In this document: positions 10,224-21,167 of the stretch, piece after piece | How the letters are laid out: every line of letters starts with the position of its first letter | Position numbering within the stretch: the stretch's first letter is position 1 | DNA from: Trueperaceae bacterium | Lineage (GTDB): Bacteria > Deinococcota > Deinococci > Deinococcales > Trueperaceae | NCBI GenBank assembly: GCA_965215565.1 | Contig: CBDCDZ010000004.1 | Coordinates: forward strand, 3,392,001 to 3,456,000 | Length of the DNA: 64,000 nt | Reading direction: 5' to 3' | Program-made: the position numbers and the translations under genes | The notes under the pieces: model-generated | Told to the model about the DNA's origin: nothing | Database searches by the model: none | What the model saw: the letters and a program-made list of their open reading frames with translations, nothing else

Positions 10224-11404
10224 GCCGTTTGGAGTTCGCTCAAGCGCCGCCCCGCCTCAGCGATCGCCTCGTCCGACTTACAGAAGGCGAAGCGCACGAG
10301 ATGTCTCGCCAAAGGCTTGTGCTCGGGCGCATAGAACGCGCTCGGCGGAATCGCGCCGACGCCCGCGTCTTTGGGCAGATTTTCACAGAGCGCCACGTCG
10401 TTTTCGTAAGGCAGCGCGGCGCTGTCCGCCATCACGAAATAGCCCCCCTCGGGGACGAGCGGTTTGAAGGGCGTCTTTTGGAGCGCGCTGACGAGCGAGT
10501 CGCGCTTCTTGCGGTAGAGGGACTCGAGCCCCGCATAATACCCTTCGTCCGCCCGCCGCAAAATTTCCGCCGAGGCGATCTGCAGGGGCGTCGCGACGGT
10601 AAAGGGTATCCACTGGTGCGCGGTGCGCAGCGCGCGGACCAGCGGCTCCGGCCCTGTCGCCCAGCCCACTTTCCAGCCCGTGACCGAAAAGGTCTTGCCG
10701 ATGGACGAGACCGTGAGTGTGCGCTCCCAGCCACCCGGTCTGCTCGCGATAGAGACGTGCGGCGCGAAGGTGATGTGCTCGTAGACCTCATCGCTGAGAA
10801 TCACGGCGTTATATGCGTGCGCAAGCTTGATAATCGCGCCGAGTTCGTCTTCGCTGAAGACCTTACCTGTCGGGTTGTGCGGCGTGTTGAGCACAATCAC
10901 CCTTGTCTTGGGGGAGAAGGCGCGCGTCAGCTCGCCCAAGTCGAGGAGCCATTTTCCATCCTCTTGTGGCTCGAGCGGCACGTATCTCGGCACGCCGCCC
11001 GCCATCAGCACGTCGGCGGGGTAGGCGTCGTAGAAGGGCTCGATGAGGATGACCTCATCGCCGGGGTCGACGAGCGCTTGCATGGCGGCGTAGAGCGCTT
11101 CAGTCGCGCCTACGGTGATCTGGACGTTCTCAACGGGAATGACCTCTCGCTCTAATCGCGCTGTCATCCTCTCGGCGACGACTTCGGAAAGAACGGGCAT
11201 TCCAGGTAGCGGGGGGTACTGCTGGTACGCGCCCGCGCTCTCCCTGAGCGCCTCTAGCGCAAAGTCCGGCGGGTCAAAGTCGGGGAAGCCCTGCCCCAAG
11301 TTGACCGCGCCGTGCTCCTGGGCGAGCCGCGTATAGTGAGCGAAGACGGTCTCGCCGAACGTCGCGATGCGTCGGCTGCCTACGGTGTGAAGCGTCTGGG
11401 TCAT
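10220..11404 (-). CDS. PLP-dependent aminotransferase class I/II (YbdL/kynurenine aminotransferase-like)
   Basis: NLGQGFPDF, NTPHNPTG, SDEVY and SIGKTFSVTGWKVGW motifs. Confidence 0.93.
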   Translation of the reverse strand: MTQTLHTVGSRRIATFGETVFAHYTRLAQEHGAVNLGQGFPDFDPPDFALEALRESAGAYQQYPPLPGMPVLSEVVAERMTARLEREVIPVENVQITVGATEALYAAMQALVDPGDEVILIEPFYDAYPADVLMAGGVPRYVPLEPQEDGKWLLDLGELTRAFSPKTRVIVLNTPHNPTGKVFSEDELGAIIKLAHAYNAVILSDEVYEHITFAPHVSIASRPGGWERTLTVSSIGKTFSVTGWKVGWATGPEPLVRALRTAHQWIPFTVATPLQIASAEILRRADEGYYAGLESLYRKKRDSLVSALQKTPFKPLVPEGGYFVMADSAALPYENDVALCENLPKDAGVGAIPPSAFYAPEHKPLARHLVRFAFCKSDEAIAEAGRRLSELQTA

Positions 11405-11555
11405 CGCGTCCGATTGTACGCTCTAAAGAATCAGATATAGCGCAAGCCGTCTTGCATTTCGTCTGCGGTCGTGTGATTTAGGATAACAAGAAGTCGCCGG
11501 ACGATTTCTCTGGGAGGACGCCTTACTGCGAGAATGATACCGGAGTGAGATTGTC

Positions 11556-13067
11556 CTAAACCTCGTAGAGGGCGCGGAACTTGGTATTGAGGTAGTTCAC
11601 ATAAGGCTTCGCGTTAAGCTCCTCGCCCGTCGCCCGCTTTAAGAGGTCGCCGGGCTCGTACTTCGCGCCGTGTTGGTGGATGTTCTCGCGCAACCAAGTG
11701 AGGAGCGTCCCGAACTCGCCGCGCCGAATCTCCTCTTCCAAGTCGGGGTGCTCACGCTTCGCCGCTTCAAAGAGCTGCACGCTCATGATGTTGCCGAGCG
11801 TGTAGGTGGGGAAGTAGCCAATCGCGCCGAAAGACCAGTGGATGTCCTGCAGGCAGCCCTGCGCGTCGTCGGGCGGGGTGAGTCCCAAATAGTCTTCATA
11901 CTTGGCGTTCCAGGTGTCCGGCAGGTCTTGAACTGAGAGTGAGCCCTCCAAAAGCGCTAACTCCAACTCGAAGCGCACCATCACGTGCAGGTTGTAGGTC
12001 ACCTCGTCCGCCTCGACGCGGATGAGGCTGGGCTCGAGCTTATTGATCGCCGCGTAGAAGTCGTCCAAGGAAACCTCGCTGAGTTGCGCCGGGAAGACCT
12101 CTTGGAGGCGCGGGTACTTGTACTCCCAAAAGCCGTAGCTTCGCCCGACGAGGTTCTCCCACAGGCGCGACTGCGACTCGTGGACACCTAAACTCACGGC
12201 GTTGCCGAGGGGTGAGCGGTAGTAGGCGTCGGCGATACCCTGCTCGTACATCGCGTGCCCCGCCTCGTGCACCGTGCCGAAGAGCGCGGGGTTCAAGAAG
12301 CTCTCGCTGTAGCGCGTGGTGATGCGCACGTCGTACTTGCTGATGCCTGTCGCAAAGGGGTGGACGGTGCGGTCTAAGCGTCCGCGCTCAAAGTCGTAGC
12401 CGAACTCTCTAACCACCTCCACACCGAACTGCTCTTGCAAGACTTCGTCAAAGGACTGACGCACCGGGGCGTCGCTGATGTCGCGCCCCTTTTCGACGAC
12501 GTCTTTAACGAGCGGCACCGTCGCGTCGCGGAGTTCGGCGAAGACCGCTTTCACCTTGGCGGTATTCGAACCCCGTTCATAGAGGTCGTGGAGCGCGTCG
12601 TAGGGGTGCGCGTCATATCCCAAGAAGTCCGCTTGCCGCCGCGTGAAGTCCAAGATTTGCTCCAGGTGCGGCGCGAAGCGCGCGAAGTCGGCGTCCGCCC
12701 TGGCTTTGACCCAGGCTTGCTTGCCTGCCGAACGCGCCTTGGTAAAGTCTTCGACGAAGTCACTGGGGAGTTTCTTTGCCCGTTCCACGTCGCGCTTAGC
12801 AACCTCGATGAGCGCCGCGTCATCGCTCCCTCCGGGAAAACTCCCCTGCAGTACACTCAGCATCTCGCCGATTTTCGGGTCTGTGACGCGCGCGTGGCTC
12901 AGCTTGCCGAGCGTCGCCATCTGCTGGGCGCGCGCAGCCGCCCCTCCGTCCGGCATGTAGGTGTTCTGGTCCCAGGAGAGTAAACTCTGCGCCTGCGCCA
13001 AATCCTCTAAAACGGCAAACTCCGTCTTGAGCGTCTCTAGCGTGTCGGACGTATCTGCTTCAGTCAT
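11556..13067 (-). CDS. Carboxypeptidase, family M32 (Taq-type)
   Basis: HPF, HEAGH, HESQSRLWEN, IRVEADE, QDIHW and GYFPTY motifs; AGGAG RBS before ATG 13067. Confidence 0.95.
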   Translation of the reverse strand: MTEADTSDTLETLKTEFAVLEDLAQAQSLLSWDQNTYMPDGGAAARAQQMATLGKLSHARVTDPKIGEMLSVLQGSFPGGSDDAALIEVAKRDVERAKKLPSDFVEDFTKARSAGKQAWVKARADADFARFAPHLEQILDFTRRQADFLGYDAHPYDALHDLYERGSNTAKVKAVFAELRDATVPLVKDVVEKGRDISDAPVRQSFDEVLQEQFGVEVVREFGYDFERGRLDRTVHPFATGISKYDVRITTRYSESFLNPALFGTVHEAGHAMYEQGIADAYYRSPLGNAVSLGVHESQSRLWENLVGRSYGFWEYKYPRLQEVFPAQLSEVSLDDFYAAINKLEPSLIRVEADEVTYNLHVMVRFELELALLEGSLSVQDLPDTWNAKYEDYLGLTPPDDAQGCLQDIHWSFGAIGYFPTYTLGNIMSVQLFEAAKREHPDLEEEIRRGEFGTLLTWLRENIHQHGAKYEPGDLLKRATGEELNAKPYVNYLNTKFRALYEV

Positions 13068-13166
13068 TATGTTGCTCCTTCCGCATTCTGGCTGGGGCTC
13101 TGTAGGCATCACCCTAGCTTAACGCTACGAGGCGGGGGCGAGGCAAGAACCAGAGAACGGAACTAA

Positions 13167-13373
13167 TAGCAGTTCCAAGACATACTGAGACGGATGAGCG
13201 CAGGTCTCTGTCCGCAAGGACTAGCGTTACGGGCAGGCCGCCCTGCCGTTGCGGGATTTCATCATCGAATGTGCGTGCTAGTTAGGCACTTTTCGCAAAG
13301 CGAAACGTCGTTTCATCTAGTGAGCGTGTTGCTCCGCATAACTTCGTTCACTCAAATCAGATGATACCTGCTA
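13167..13373 (-). mobile_element. MITE-like repeat, long copy (207 bp), flanked by TAA/TAA
   Basis: TAA|TAGCAGTTCCAAGACATACTGAGACGGATGAGCGCAGG...CAGATGATACCTGCTA|TAA; terminal inverted repeats TAGCAG/CTGCTA. Confidence 0.85.
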
Positions 13374-13425
13374 TAAGTTCAAAACCGCAACGCGCTCCAA
13401 TTGAGGTCCGTGATATGGTACACCC

Positions 13426-15228
13426 ATGAATCTCGATATGAGCGACGCCGCGCGCGACCTCTTGCGGCGCGAACGGCTGCTGCTCGCCGATCTCAGCACG
13501 CTGCTCGGGCGCTTGGACGCCTCCTCGCAAGAACTGGACGAAATTAGGACCGCGCTACGCGACTTAGAGGGCCTCTTTCTGCTGGTGGTATGCGGCGAAT
13601 ACAACGCGGGTAAGTCAACGTTTCTCAACGCACTCTTGGGCGCGCACGTCATGCCCGAAGGGGTTACGCCCACGACGGACCGCATCACCATCGTCTCACA
13701 CGGCGACGAGGAGCGCGTCACCGAGGAGCGCTCCTTCGTAGTGCGGCGCGAGTACCCCGCCGACATCTTGCGCGACCTCGCGCTCGTGGACACGCCCGGC
13801 ACGAACGCCGTCATCCGCCAACACCAAGAGCTGACCGAGGGCTTTATTCCCCGCGCTGACCTAGTCCTGTTCGTTACCTCCGCCGACAGACCCTTCACGG
13901 AGAGTGAGCGGCGCTTTTTAGAACTCATCCGCTCGTGGGGCAAAAAAGTTGTCGTCGTGGTCAATAAGATCGACATCTTAGAGCCCGACGAGCAGCGCAA
14001 GGTCTTGGCGTTCGTGAACGAGCACGCGCAAGAGACGCTCGACGTAAATCCAAAGGTCTTCGGTGTGGCGGCTAGGGACGCCTTTAGAGCGCGGCGGAGT
14101 GGCGACGACGCGGCGCTGCAAAAAACGGGGCTGAGAGAACTCGAGCGCTACATCGAAACCGCTCTAGCCGCCGAAGAACGCCTCAAGCTCAAGCTCGGCA
14201 CGCCCCTAGGCATCGCGAAGCGAGTCTCCGACACCTACCAGGATATCATCAGCGAGCGCCTCACGCTTTTGAGCGACGACCGCCGCACGCTGGACGCGGC
14301 GGACAGGCAACTCAAAGAGTTCGAGCGCGACATGCACCGCGAGTTCGAGAGCTACTTAGCCCGCGTCAAGACGGTGCTCCTAGAGGTCGAGCGGCGCGGC
14401 GAGGTTTTTTTCGACGACATGGTGCGCGTTCAAAAGGTGGGCAGCCTGCTCAACTCCGAGCGCATCCGCGAGATGTTCGAGGCGCAGGTCATTAGAGGCG
14501 CAGACCGCGACATCGACAAAGCGGTGAGCGAGATGGTGGACTGGTTCATCCAGCGCAACCTGCAGCTCTGGGAGGACGTGATGGCGTTCGTGAAAGAGCG
14601 GCGCAAGGCGAGTCGCGAAGGGGTGATGGGCGAGATAGGCGGCAAATTCCAGTACGACCGCGATACGCTCATACGCTCCCTGAGTAGCAGCGCCGAGACA
14701 GTCTTAGAAACCTACGACGAGAACGCCGAGGCGCGCCGCCTAGCCAACTCGCTCCAGGGCGCGGTGATGCAAACCGGGCTCATCCAGGTGGGCGGCATCG
14801 GTTTGGGGGCGGCGGCGGTGGCCTTTCTGTCCGGGGCGGCGCTAGATGTGACGGGCGTGGTGGCGGGGCTCGCCGTGACGGGTCTGGGGCTGCTCGTCTT
14901 GCCGCGCCGCCGCCGCGTCGCCAAGCGCAACCTGCACGAGCGGATGCAGGAGTTACGAGACGGCTTAGAGGACAACCTGGGCGCGCAGTTCGAGGACGAG
15001 CTGCGCCGCGCTACCGAAAAGGTCAACGCGGCGATTCGCCCCTACACCCGCTTCGTGCGTAGCGAGTTAGGGCGCTTGGAAGAGCTGCGAGACGAGCTAG
15101 CGAGAACGCAGGACGAGGTGGAGCGCTTGGCGTATGAGGTGGACGTGCTGGGCGGCGAAGCGAGCGGCGAGGCTGGCGGAAGCGGACCGAATGACGAGTC
15201 GGTTCGGCCTTACAGACAGCGCTCCTAA
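13426..15228 (+). CDS. Bacterial dynamin-like GTPase
   Basis: G1 GEYNAGKST, G2 TPTT, G3 DTPG, G4 NKID; coiled coils and a C-terminal hydrophobic hairpin. Confidence 0.9.
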   Translation: MNLDMSDAARDLLRRERLLLADLSTLLGRLDASSQELDEIRTALRDLEGLFLLVVCGEYNAGKSTFLNALLGAHVMPEGVTPTTDRITIVSHGDEERVTEERSFVVRREYPADILRDLALVDTPGTNAVIRQHQELTEGFIPRADLVLFVTSADRPFTESERRFLELIRSWGKKVVVVVNKIDILEPDEQRKVLAFVNEHAQETLDVNPKVFGVAARDAFRARRSGDDAALQKTGLRELERYIETALAAEERLKLKLGTPLGIAKRVSDTYQDIISERLTLLSDDRRTLDAADRQLKEFERDMHREFESYLARVKTVLLEVERRGEVFFDDMVRVQKVGSLLNSERIREMFEAQVIRGADRDIDKAVSEMVDWFIQRNLQLWEDVMAFVKERRKASREGVMGEIGGKFQYDRDTLIRSLSSSAETVLETYDENAEARRLANSLQGAVMQTGLIQVGGIGLGAAAVAFLSGAALDVTGVVAGLAVTGLGLLVLPRRRRVAKRNLHERMQELRDGLEDNLGAQFEDELRRATEKVNAAIRPYTRFVRSELGRLEELRDELARTQDEVERLAYEVDVLGGEASGEAGGSGPNDESVRPYRQRS

Positions 15229-15283
15229 ATTACCTTGAATATCGAACGTGTCCGGTTCGCTTCCGCAAGAGCCCATCACCCCG

Positions 15284-16699
15284 CTAGTCGCGTTCTCTCA
15301 CCCTGATGTCAACGGTGGCTGCCGCTTCGCTCGCGCCGTCGCTAACACGCAACTCGAGCCGGTACGTTCCCTCTTCGTGAAAGGTCACTTTGGTATCTTC
15401 GGCTCGAGGGTTTTCGATCTTGACCTCTTCGTAGTCCCCGGCAACGACGCGCCACCTGTACACGGTCTTGCCCGCGGCGAAACCGCTCACCGTAGCCTCT
15501 AGGTCAACCGACACCTTCTTTCCTCTTATCATCAGCGTTTCGACGTCATCAATACGCACGCTGACTTTTTCAGTAGGCGGCGGTGGGCTGCTGAGAGCTT
15601 CGACAGTAAAGTCCTCGGCTTTCACGTCGCGCCCGCCTCTGCCGTCCGTCACTATGAGCGTGACACGGTACGTGCCAGCTTTCGCGTAGGTGCGTGCGTA
15701 GTCGCGGCTTTCGGCGTGGCTGCCGTCGCCGAAGTCCCAGGTGTAGTCGAGCGTGTCACCGTCGGGGTCAGCCGAGGATTTCGCACTGTATTTGACCTCG
15801 AGCGTGCCGCTCACCTGCGAAGCGCTGAAGTCCGCCACCGGCGCATTGTTCTCAGCCGGGTCTGGCGTGGGCTCTGGTGTAGGCTCTGGTGCGGGTTCCG
15901 GTGTAGGCTCCGGGTTGCTCGCGTTCTCGTCGATCACCACATAGCCGCGCTTCGCCTCGTCGGACTGGTTGCCCGCGCCGTCAGTGACTTTGGTGCGGAA
16001 GACGTAGGCGAATTCGCTGCTCGTGAGTTCGCCGATGTTGACCGCTTCCGCATCTACGAAGATCGGATAGACGCACGTGACGCTCGTCGGGCGGCTCGAG
16101 AGGTCGCAACCCAGCGGCTCCCCCTTTGTAAAGTACTGCTGGCTCGGATCGAGCGTACCCGCTACGCCGTCAGGTCTGCTATTGACCAGGTTAAGCTCGG
16201 TAGCGGCGACGCCACTGGGATCGCTGTACTCAACCCGCGCGTAGAAGGTGCCGCCCGGCGGAACCCGAATGACGCGCGCGTCGTCTGCGCCGGAGATTCC
16301 ACCCGGCCTGTCGTTCACGAACGGTCCGCTGGACACCTTGCTCACCCCGAAGTCGCCGCTCGGCGCAGCCGTATCGTCTCCCGCGCCGCCCGTAACCGTG
16401 ACTTTGACCTCTTCTACGTCGCGCCCTTGCGCGCTGATTGCAGTGATTTTGTAGGTGGTCGTCTGCGCCGGGCTCACGCTCACGCTCGTGCTCGTGACGC
16501 TGCCCACGCCCGGCTCAACCGTATAAGAGGTCGCGCCGAGCGCGCGCCATGAAAGCGTGCTGCTCTCGCCAAAGCCAATCGTCTTGGGCGAAGCGCCGAG
16601 TTCTACGATGACCGGCGCGTTGCCCGAGGTGCTCACATCTAGTTCGCTGCAGGCGCTGAGAAAAAGTAAGGAGAAGATAAGGAGAGTTAAACGAAACAT
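15284..16699 (-). CDS. Modular surface lipoprotein (Ig-like, Cys-containing module, PKD domains)
   Basis: Lipobox LSAC; PKD motif YTWDFGDG; EPTP linker. Confidence 0.85.
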   Translation of the reverse strand: MFRLTLLIFSLLFLSACSELDVSTSGNAPVIVELGASPKTIGFGESSTLSWRALGATSYTVEPGVGSVTSTSVSVSPAQTTTYKITAISAQGRDVEEVKVTVTGGAGDDTAAPSGDFGVSKVSSGPFVNDRPGGISGADDARVIRVPPGGTFYARVEYSDPSGVAATELNLVNSRPDGVAGTLDPSQQYFTKGEPLGCDLSSRPTSVTCVYPIFVDAEAVNIGELTSSEFAYVFRTKVTDGAGNQSDEAKRGYVVIDENASNPEPTPEPAPEPTPEPTPDPAENNAPVADFSASQVSGTLEVKYSAKSSADPDGDTLDYTWDFGDGSHAESRDYARTYAKAGTYRVTLIVTDGRGGRDVKAEDFTVEALSSPPPPTEKVSVRIDDVETLMIRGKKVSVDLEATVSGFAAGKTVYRWRVVAGDYEEVKIENPRAEDTKVTFHEEGTYRLELRVSDGASEAAATVDIRVRERD

Positions 16700-16807
16700 A
16701 ACACCCTCTCGAGGTAAGAGATTTCAACCCGCTAGAAAGACTGGATAAGTCGTGCGGGCGATGACCCGAGTATGCGTTTTGGGGCGTTACGGCGGCGTTA
16801 CGCCCTT

Positions 16808-16844
16808 AAAAAAAGAAGAGGGTGAGCACTCGCTCACCCTCTTC
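16808..16844 (-). terminator. Rho-independent terminator of the 16867-18579 gene
   Basis: GAAGAGGGTGAGC-ACTC-GCTCACCCTCTTC with an A-run on the + strand (U-tract on -). Confidence 0.75.
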
Positions 16845-16866
16845 CGCGTCTCGGCTGCGCCAATCT

Positions 16867-18579
16867 TTACTCTACATTGACCGTGATGGTACCCGGATCA
16901 GACACCTCTTCCCCGTCTATAGTTGCAGAGAGCGTGTAATTAAAACTGTCTTGTCCCGAGTACCCTTCGTCAGCTTGATAGAAAATCTCTCCATCATCAT
17001 CAGACACGGTGCCGCCAGCAGATGTGGCCGTATCCGTTAAGGTGATTTCAGGCTCGACGCCTTCAGGATAAGTTGACTCTTCTAAAATGTACGCCGGGTC
17101 TATGACGGTGACAGGTCCGAATATCTCGACGTAGTCTCCTTCTTCGGTGGCGTCTATGTCCGCCGCCTCGAGCGTTTCGACAATCACCGCGTCGCTTGCC
17201 GCAGCAGTAACCGTCACCGAATCCGTGTCACTACCGCCATTGCCATCTGAAACGGTTAGCCCGACAATATAGTCACCTACAACGTCTGGTGTAAATGTCG
17301 GCGTTGCTGTAGTAGCGTCGCTCAGCGCCGCGTTACTACCGTCAGGCTGACTCGTAAAACTCCACGCATAGCTTAGCGTGTCACCCGTGTCAGGATCGCT
17401 CGACGCCGCGCCGCTAAGCGTGACTTCAGTCCCTACAACAGCGTCCGTTTGGTCCGCACCCGCGTTAGCGACAGGCGGGTTGTTCGTAGACGCTGAATTG
17501 ACTGTAACCGTAGCTGTCTCAGTATCGTTACCACCAGCGTTCGTTGCTGTAAGCGTGTAGGTTGTCGTCTGGGTTGGGGAAACTGAAACCGTATTATCGT
17601 CATCAGTGGTAACGTCGCCAACGCCGTTATCAATCGCGACTGACGTTGCTGCGTCGCCACTCAAAGACCATGAAAGTGTCGTACTACTACCTTCGGTGAT
17701 TGTCGTTTCAGCCGCAGCAAAGCTGTCAACAACAGGCGCAGTCGTTGTGTCACCGCCACCGTTACCATCCGCTTCGACGTTGACGTAGCCCCGGCTGCCT
17801 GCTCCCTTATCGTCCGACTGTTTGCCCGCTCCGTCCGTTACTCTAGCCCGGAAGATGTACGCGAACTCTGCGCTGGTGCGCTCCGTAATCGGCTGCACGT
17901 CGTTGCCAACGCTAATCTCGTATACGCAGGTGACGTCGACAGGGCTGCTAGAGAGGTCACAGTTCGCTCCGGTCGGACCGCTCACGATCTCGAAACCTTC
18001 TTGTGAGGGGTTAAGAGGTCCAGCGATGCCCGCCGGGTTGCTATTGACGAGCCTTACCTCAATAGCAGTGATTCCACTCGGGTCTTCGTAATCTACTTGG
18101 GCGTAAAACGTACCGCCTTGTCCTACGTCGATAATTCTGTTGTCATCGGCGTCGTTGATGAAGGGATCGTCGTTCTGAAAAGGTCCGTTAGCGTTGAGGC
18201 TCACGCCGAAGGTGCCTGTAGGGACAGCGGTGTCAGTGGGGTCGGTGGGGTCTGTAGGATCGCCCGTCACCGTGACCGTCGTCGTTTCGGTATCGCTACC
18301 CGAACCGTTTCTCGCAGTCAGCTCGTACGTCGTCGTCACTGTAGGTCTAACAACTGTGCTCTTGCCTGTCACTGTGCCAACACCGTTGTCAATACTTAGC
18401 GAGGTCGCGTCGTTGACGGTCCAACTCAGGGTGACGTCACCGCCGGGGCTCACTTCTTCAGGCGAAGCGGAGAAGCTGACGATGCTGGGCTCGTCGGGCG
18501 TGGTGCCGGTCTGCTCACACGAGACTATTAAGAGTAGAAGAAAGAGAAAGGGGATGAAGAGGTGGTGCCGTTGTTGCAT
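16867..18579 (-). CDS. Modular surface lipoprotein (Ig-like repeats, PKD, C-terminal cadherin/Ig-like domain)
   Basis: Lipobox IVSC; NNPPVANAG PKD start; C-terminal Y-x-ADEGYSGQDSFNY. Confidence 0.85.
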   Translation of the reverse strand: MQQRHHLFIPFLFLLLLIVSCEQTGTTPDEPSIVSFSASPEEVSPGGDVTLSWTVNDATSLSIDNGVGTVTGKSTVVRPTVTTTYELTARNGSGSDTETTTVTVTGDPTDPTDPTDTAVPTGTFGVSLNANGPFQNDDPFINDADDNRIIDVGQGGTFYAQVDYEDPSGITAIEVRLVNSNPAGIAGPLNPSQEGFEIVSGPTGANCDLSSSPVDVTCVYEISVGNDVQPITERTSAEFAYIFRARVTDGAGKQSDDKGAGSRGYVNVEADGNGGGDTTTAPVVDSFAAAETTITEGSSTTLSWSLSGDAATSVAIDNGVGDVTTDDDNTVSVSPTQTTTYTLTATNAGGNDTETATVTVNSASTNNPPVANAGADQTDAVVGTEVTLSGAASSDPDTGDTLSYAWSFTSQPDGSNAALSDATTATPTFTPDVVGDYIVGLTVSDGNGGSDTDSVTVTAAASDAVIVETLEAADIDATEEGDYVEIFGPVTVIDPAYILEESTYPEGVEPEITLTDTATSAGGTVSDDDGEIFYQADEGYSGQDSFNYTLSATIDGEEVSDPGTITVNVE

Positions 18580-18820
18580 AAGCCCTCCTAAGGCGTAGTC
18601 GTTGACGCATTCGCGCCGTTAAAGTCAACCCACCGCTAAGAGGGTTGGGGATTGCGGACAAGGCAAATATATCGAAGAAACACAGACAAGGTGCGACAAT
18701 GTGAAATTTTCAACGTGCTTTTTGTAGCTCTTTCGGTTGTTTGGTAAAGATGCCACACGTGTAGCTGCGCCGCAACGTGCAGAGATAAGAGTCTTTATAG
18801 ACTCGAGCCCACCTCGACAC

Positions 18821-18852
18821 AGAGAAAGGCAGCCCCGGAGCTGCCTTTCTCT
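18821..18852. terminator. Hairpin terminator
   Basis: AGAGAAAGGCAGC-CCCGGA-GCTGCCTTTCTCT. Confidence 0.75.
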
Positions 18853-18875
18853 TACTTAATTTTTTAAGCTAAATC

Positions 18876-20813
18876 TCAATCAATACCCGCGTCTGAGCCT
18901 CCGGTTGGGCTTGAGCCATTGCCAACCATAATTGTCTTAGTAGCAGGAGACTCGCTGGGTTCACTGTCCTCGTCAGTTACGGTAAGCGACACTTCGTAGT
19001 CACCTGAAGCATCTACAACGAAAGTTGGGCTTACTGTATCTGTAGCGCTTAGCGTCGCCGTACTACCGTTGGGAGGCGTGAGGCTCCAAGCGTACGACAA
19101 ACTGTTGTTATCACCGTCAGGATCGTCTGAGCCAGCTCCGTTTAGCGTAACCGTGTTACCGACGCTAGGCTCTTCTGGACTTACGCTAAAGTCAGCAGTA
19201 GGTGGGATGCTTGAAGGTGCAACGGTAACGGACTTTGTTTCAGAGTCCGTAGCTCCATCATCATCTTCTACTATCAAGACAACCGTATATTCTCCAGCTT
19301 CCTGATAAGTCCGTGTGAATACTCTGGCATTACCGCTTGTGCCATCTCCGAAGTCCCAATTGTACGAGACTATTTCGCCGTCGGGATCGTCGGAGGTTGA
19401 AGCATTGTATTGAACCTCGAGCGTACCTTCTTGTTGCTGAGATGTAAAGGCGGCAACAGGGTCTTGATTGGCGGGCGGGTTCGGGTTGCTAGGATTTACC
19501 GTGACTTCGACTGTATCTGTATTACTGCCGCCGCCGTTCGTCGCAGTAAGCCTGAAGCTTCGCGTCGAAACCGCCGTCACCTCGGTGCTGTCTTCACCTG
19601 TAACGTCTCTGTTCTGATTGGTTTCTAGGTCTGTTACGGTGAGCGTCGTCAAGCGTCGCCGTCCGCTCAAGCCGGGTTGCTCGGTGGATTTGTGTTGTCA
19701 GAACTTACCGTGACCGCTACCGTATCAGAACCCGTGCTACTACTGTCATTCGTATCTGTCACAACCTCGTATAGTTATCTGCTGGTAGGTATCCTCCGTT
19801 GTGAAGGACGTTATCTGGTTTCCGCTCGTCACGCTCCACTGCTGTCGTTTTCATCATCGTCTACAGACGCCTCGAGGTTCGTGCTCGCGCTGCCGTCCTC
19901 GAGTCAGATCGTCAACCTCTTCGACTTCGGGGTCTTCGTTCGCGGGCGGATTCGTCGGTGGGTTCGGCGGATTGCCCCCACCGTCCCCGTCCACAATGAC
20001 GTAGCCTCGGATGAACTCCTCGGACTGGTTGCCCGCGCCGTCCGTCACGAGCGTGCGGAAGACGTAGGCGAATTCGCCGCCCGAGTTGGGAAGCTCGGTG
20101 ATGTTCACGGCGTCGTCCGAGACCGTGATGGGGTAGACGCACGTCACCTCTACTTGAGTGCTCGAGAGGGTGCACCCACCTACCGGCTCACCTAGCGTGA
20201 AGAACTGCTGCGTCGGATCGAGTTCTCCCGCGATGTCGGGGGGGTTGCTGCTGACGAGGTTGATGGCGATGTCCGTGACGCCGCTCGGATCGCTGTACGC
20301 GACTCTCGCGTAGAACGTGCCGCCGGGCGCAACCGCGACGATGCGCTCGTCGTTCGGACTGGTGATGTCGTTCGGTTTGTCATTCTGGAAGGGTCCGGTC
20401 TGCGAGTCGCTTACGCCGAAATCACCGGTAGGAGCGGCGGTGTCTCCGCCGGGCGGGGGCGCAGGGGGCGTGTCGCCGCTCACGGTCACTCTCGTTTGAG
20501 CTTGGTCGTCGCCTTCGGCGTTCGTCGCGGTCAGCGTATATGTCGTCGTCTGCACAGGGTTCACTGTGAACCGAGCGTCCTCGTCCGAGGTCACGTCACC
20601 GACGCCGTTGTCGATTGTGATAGACGTAGCGCCGTTGACGTTCCACAAGAGCGTGGCGCTACCGCCGGGGTCGATTGTAGTAGGCGAGGCGCTGAAGTCG
20701 ACGATGGTCGGACCTCCGTCGTCAACGACGTTCTCACCTCCTCCGATCTCATCACACGACACCGCGAAGATAAGAACGAGCAAGAAGAAAAAGCGGTAAG
20801 GTTTCTGCATCAT
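18876..20813 (-). pseudogene. Third modular PKD lipoprotein, broken by indels at ~19600-19910 (real decay or assembly error)
   Basis: N-terminal half (19854-20822 ORF, lipobox AVSC) and C-terminal PKD half (18876-19670 ORF) lie in different frames, with recognisable domain remnants between them. Confidence 0.75.
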
Positions 20814-21111
20814 GTCCTCCACTTCTAAAGTTTACGCTCCTAACACGCCCAAATCCACGCGCCAGAAGCGCTATGAGAGAGTAACTCTACGGCTAGATAT
20901 CACCAGCTAAACGCACTATAGGCGTAGTAGTAGGTAGTGCCAAGGCAACTACAAGATAACAAATAGCCGTGAGAAAACCTAAGATTGATGAAGGTTTGGC
21001 AAAGATTGGTACGTTTAACAAAAGCCTGTTTCAAGGCTCTGCACTGCGTGGACCGGCTTGCCTGTTACAACAAGCGCCTCCGATTCGTCACGAGGTGCAA
21101 GATAGGGACAT

Positions 21112-21150
21112 AAGAAGAGGTTGAGGGTGACGAGCCCTCAACCTCTTCTT
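21112..21150. terminator. Hairpin terminator built from two AAGAGGT motifs
   Basis: AAGAAGAGGTTGAGGG-TGACGAG-CCCTCAACCTCTTCTT. Confidence 0.75.
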
Positions 21151-21167
21151 GACCTCTTGCGCCCAAA

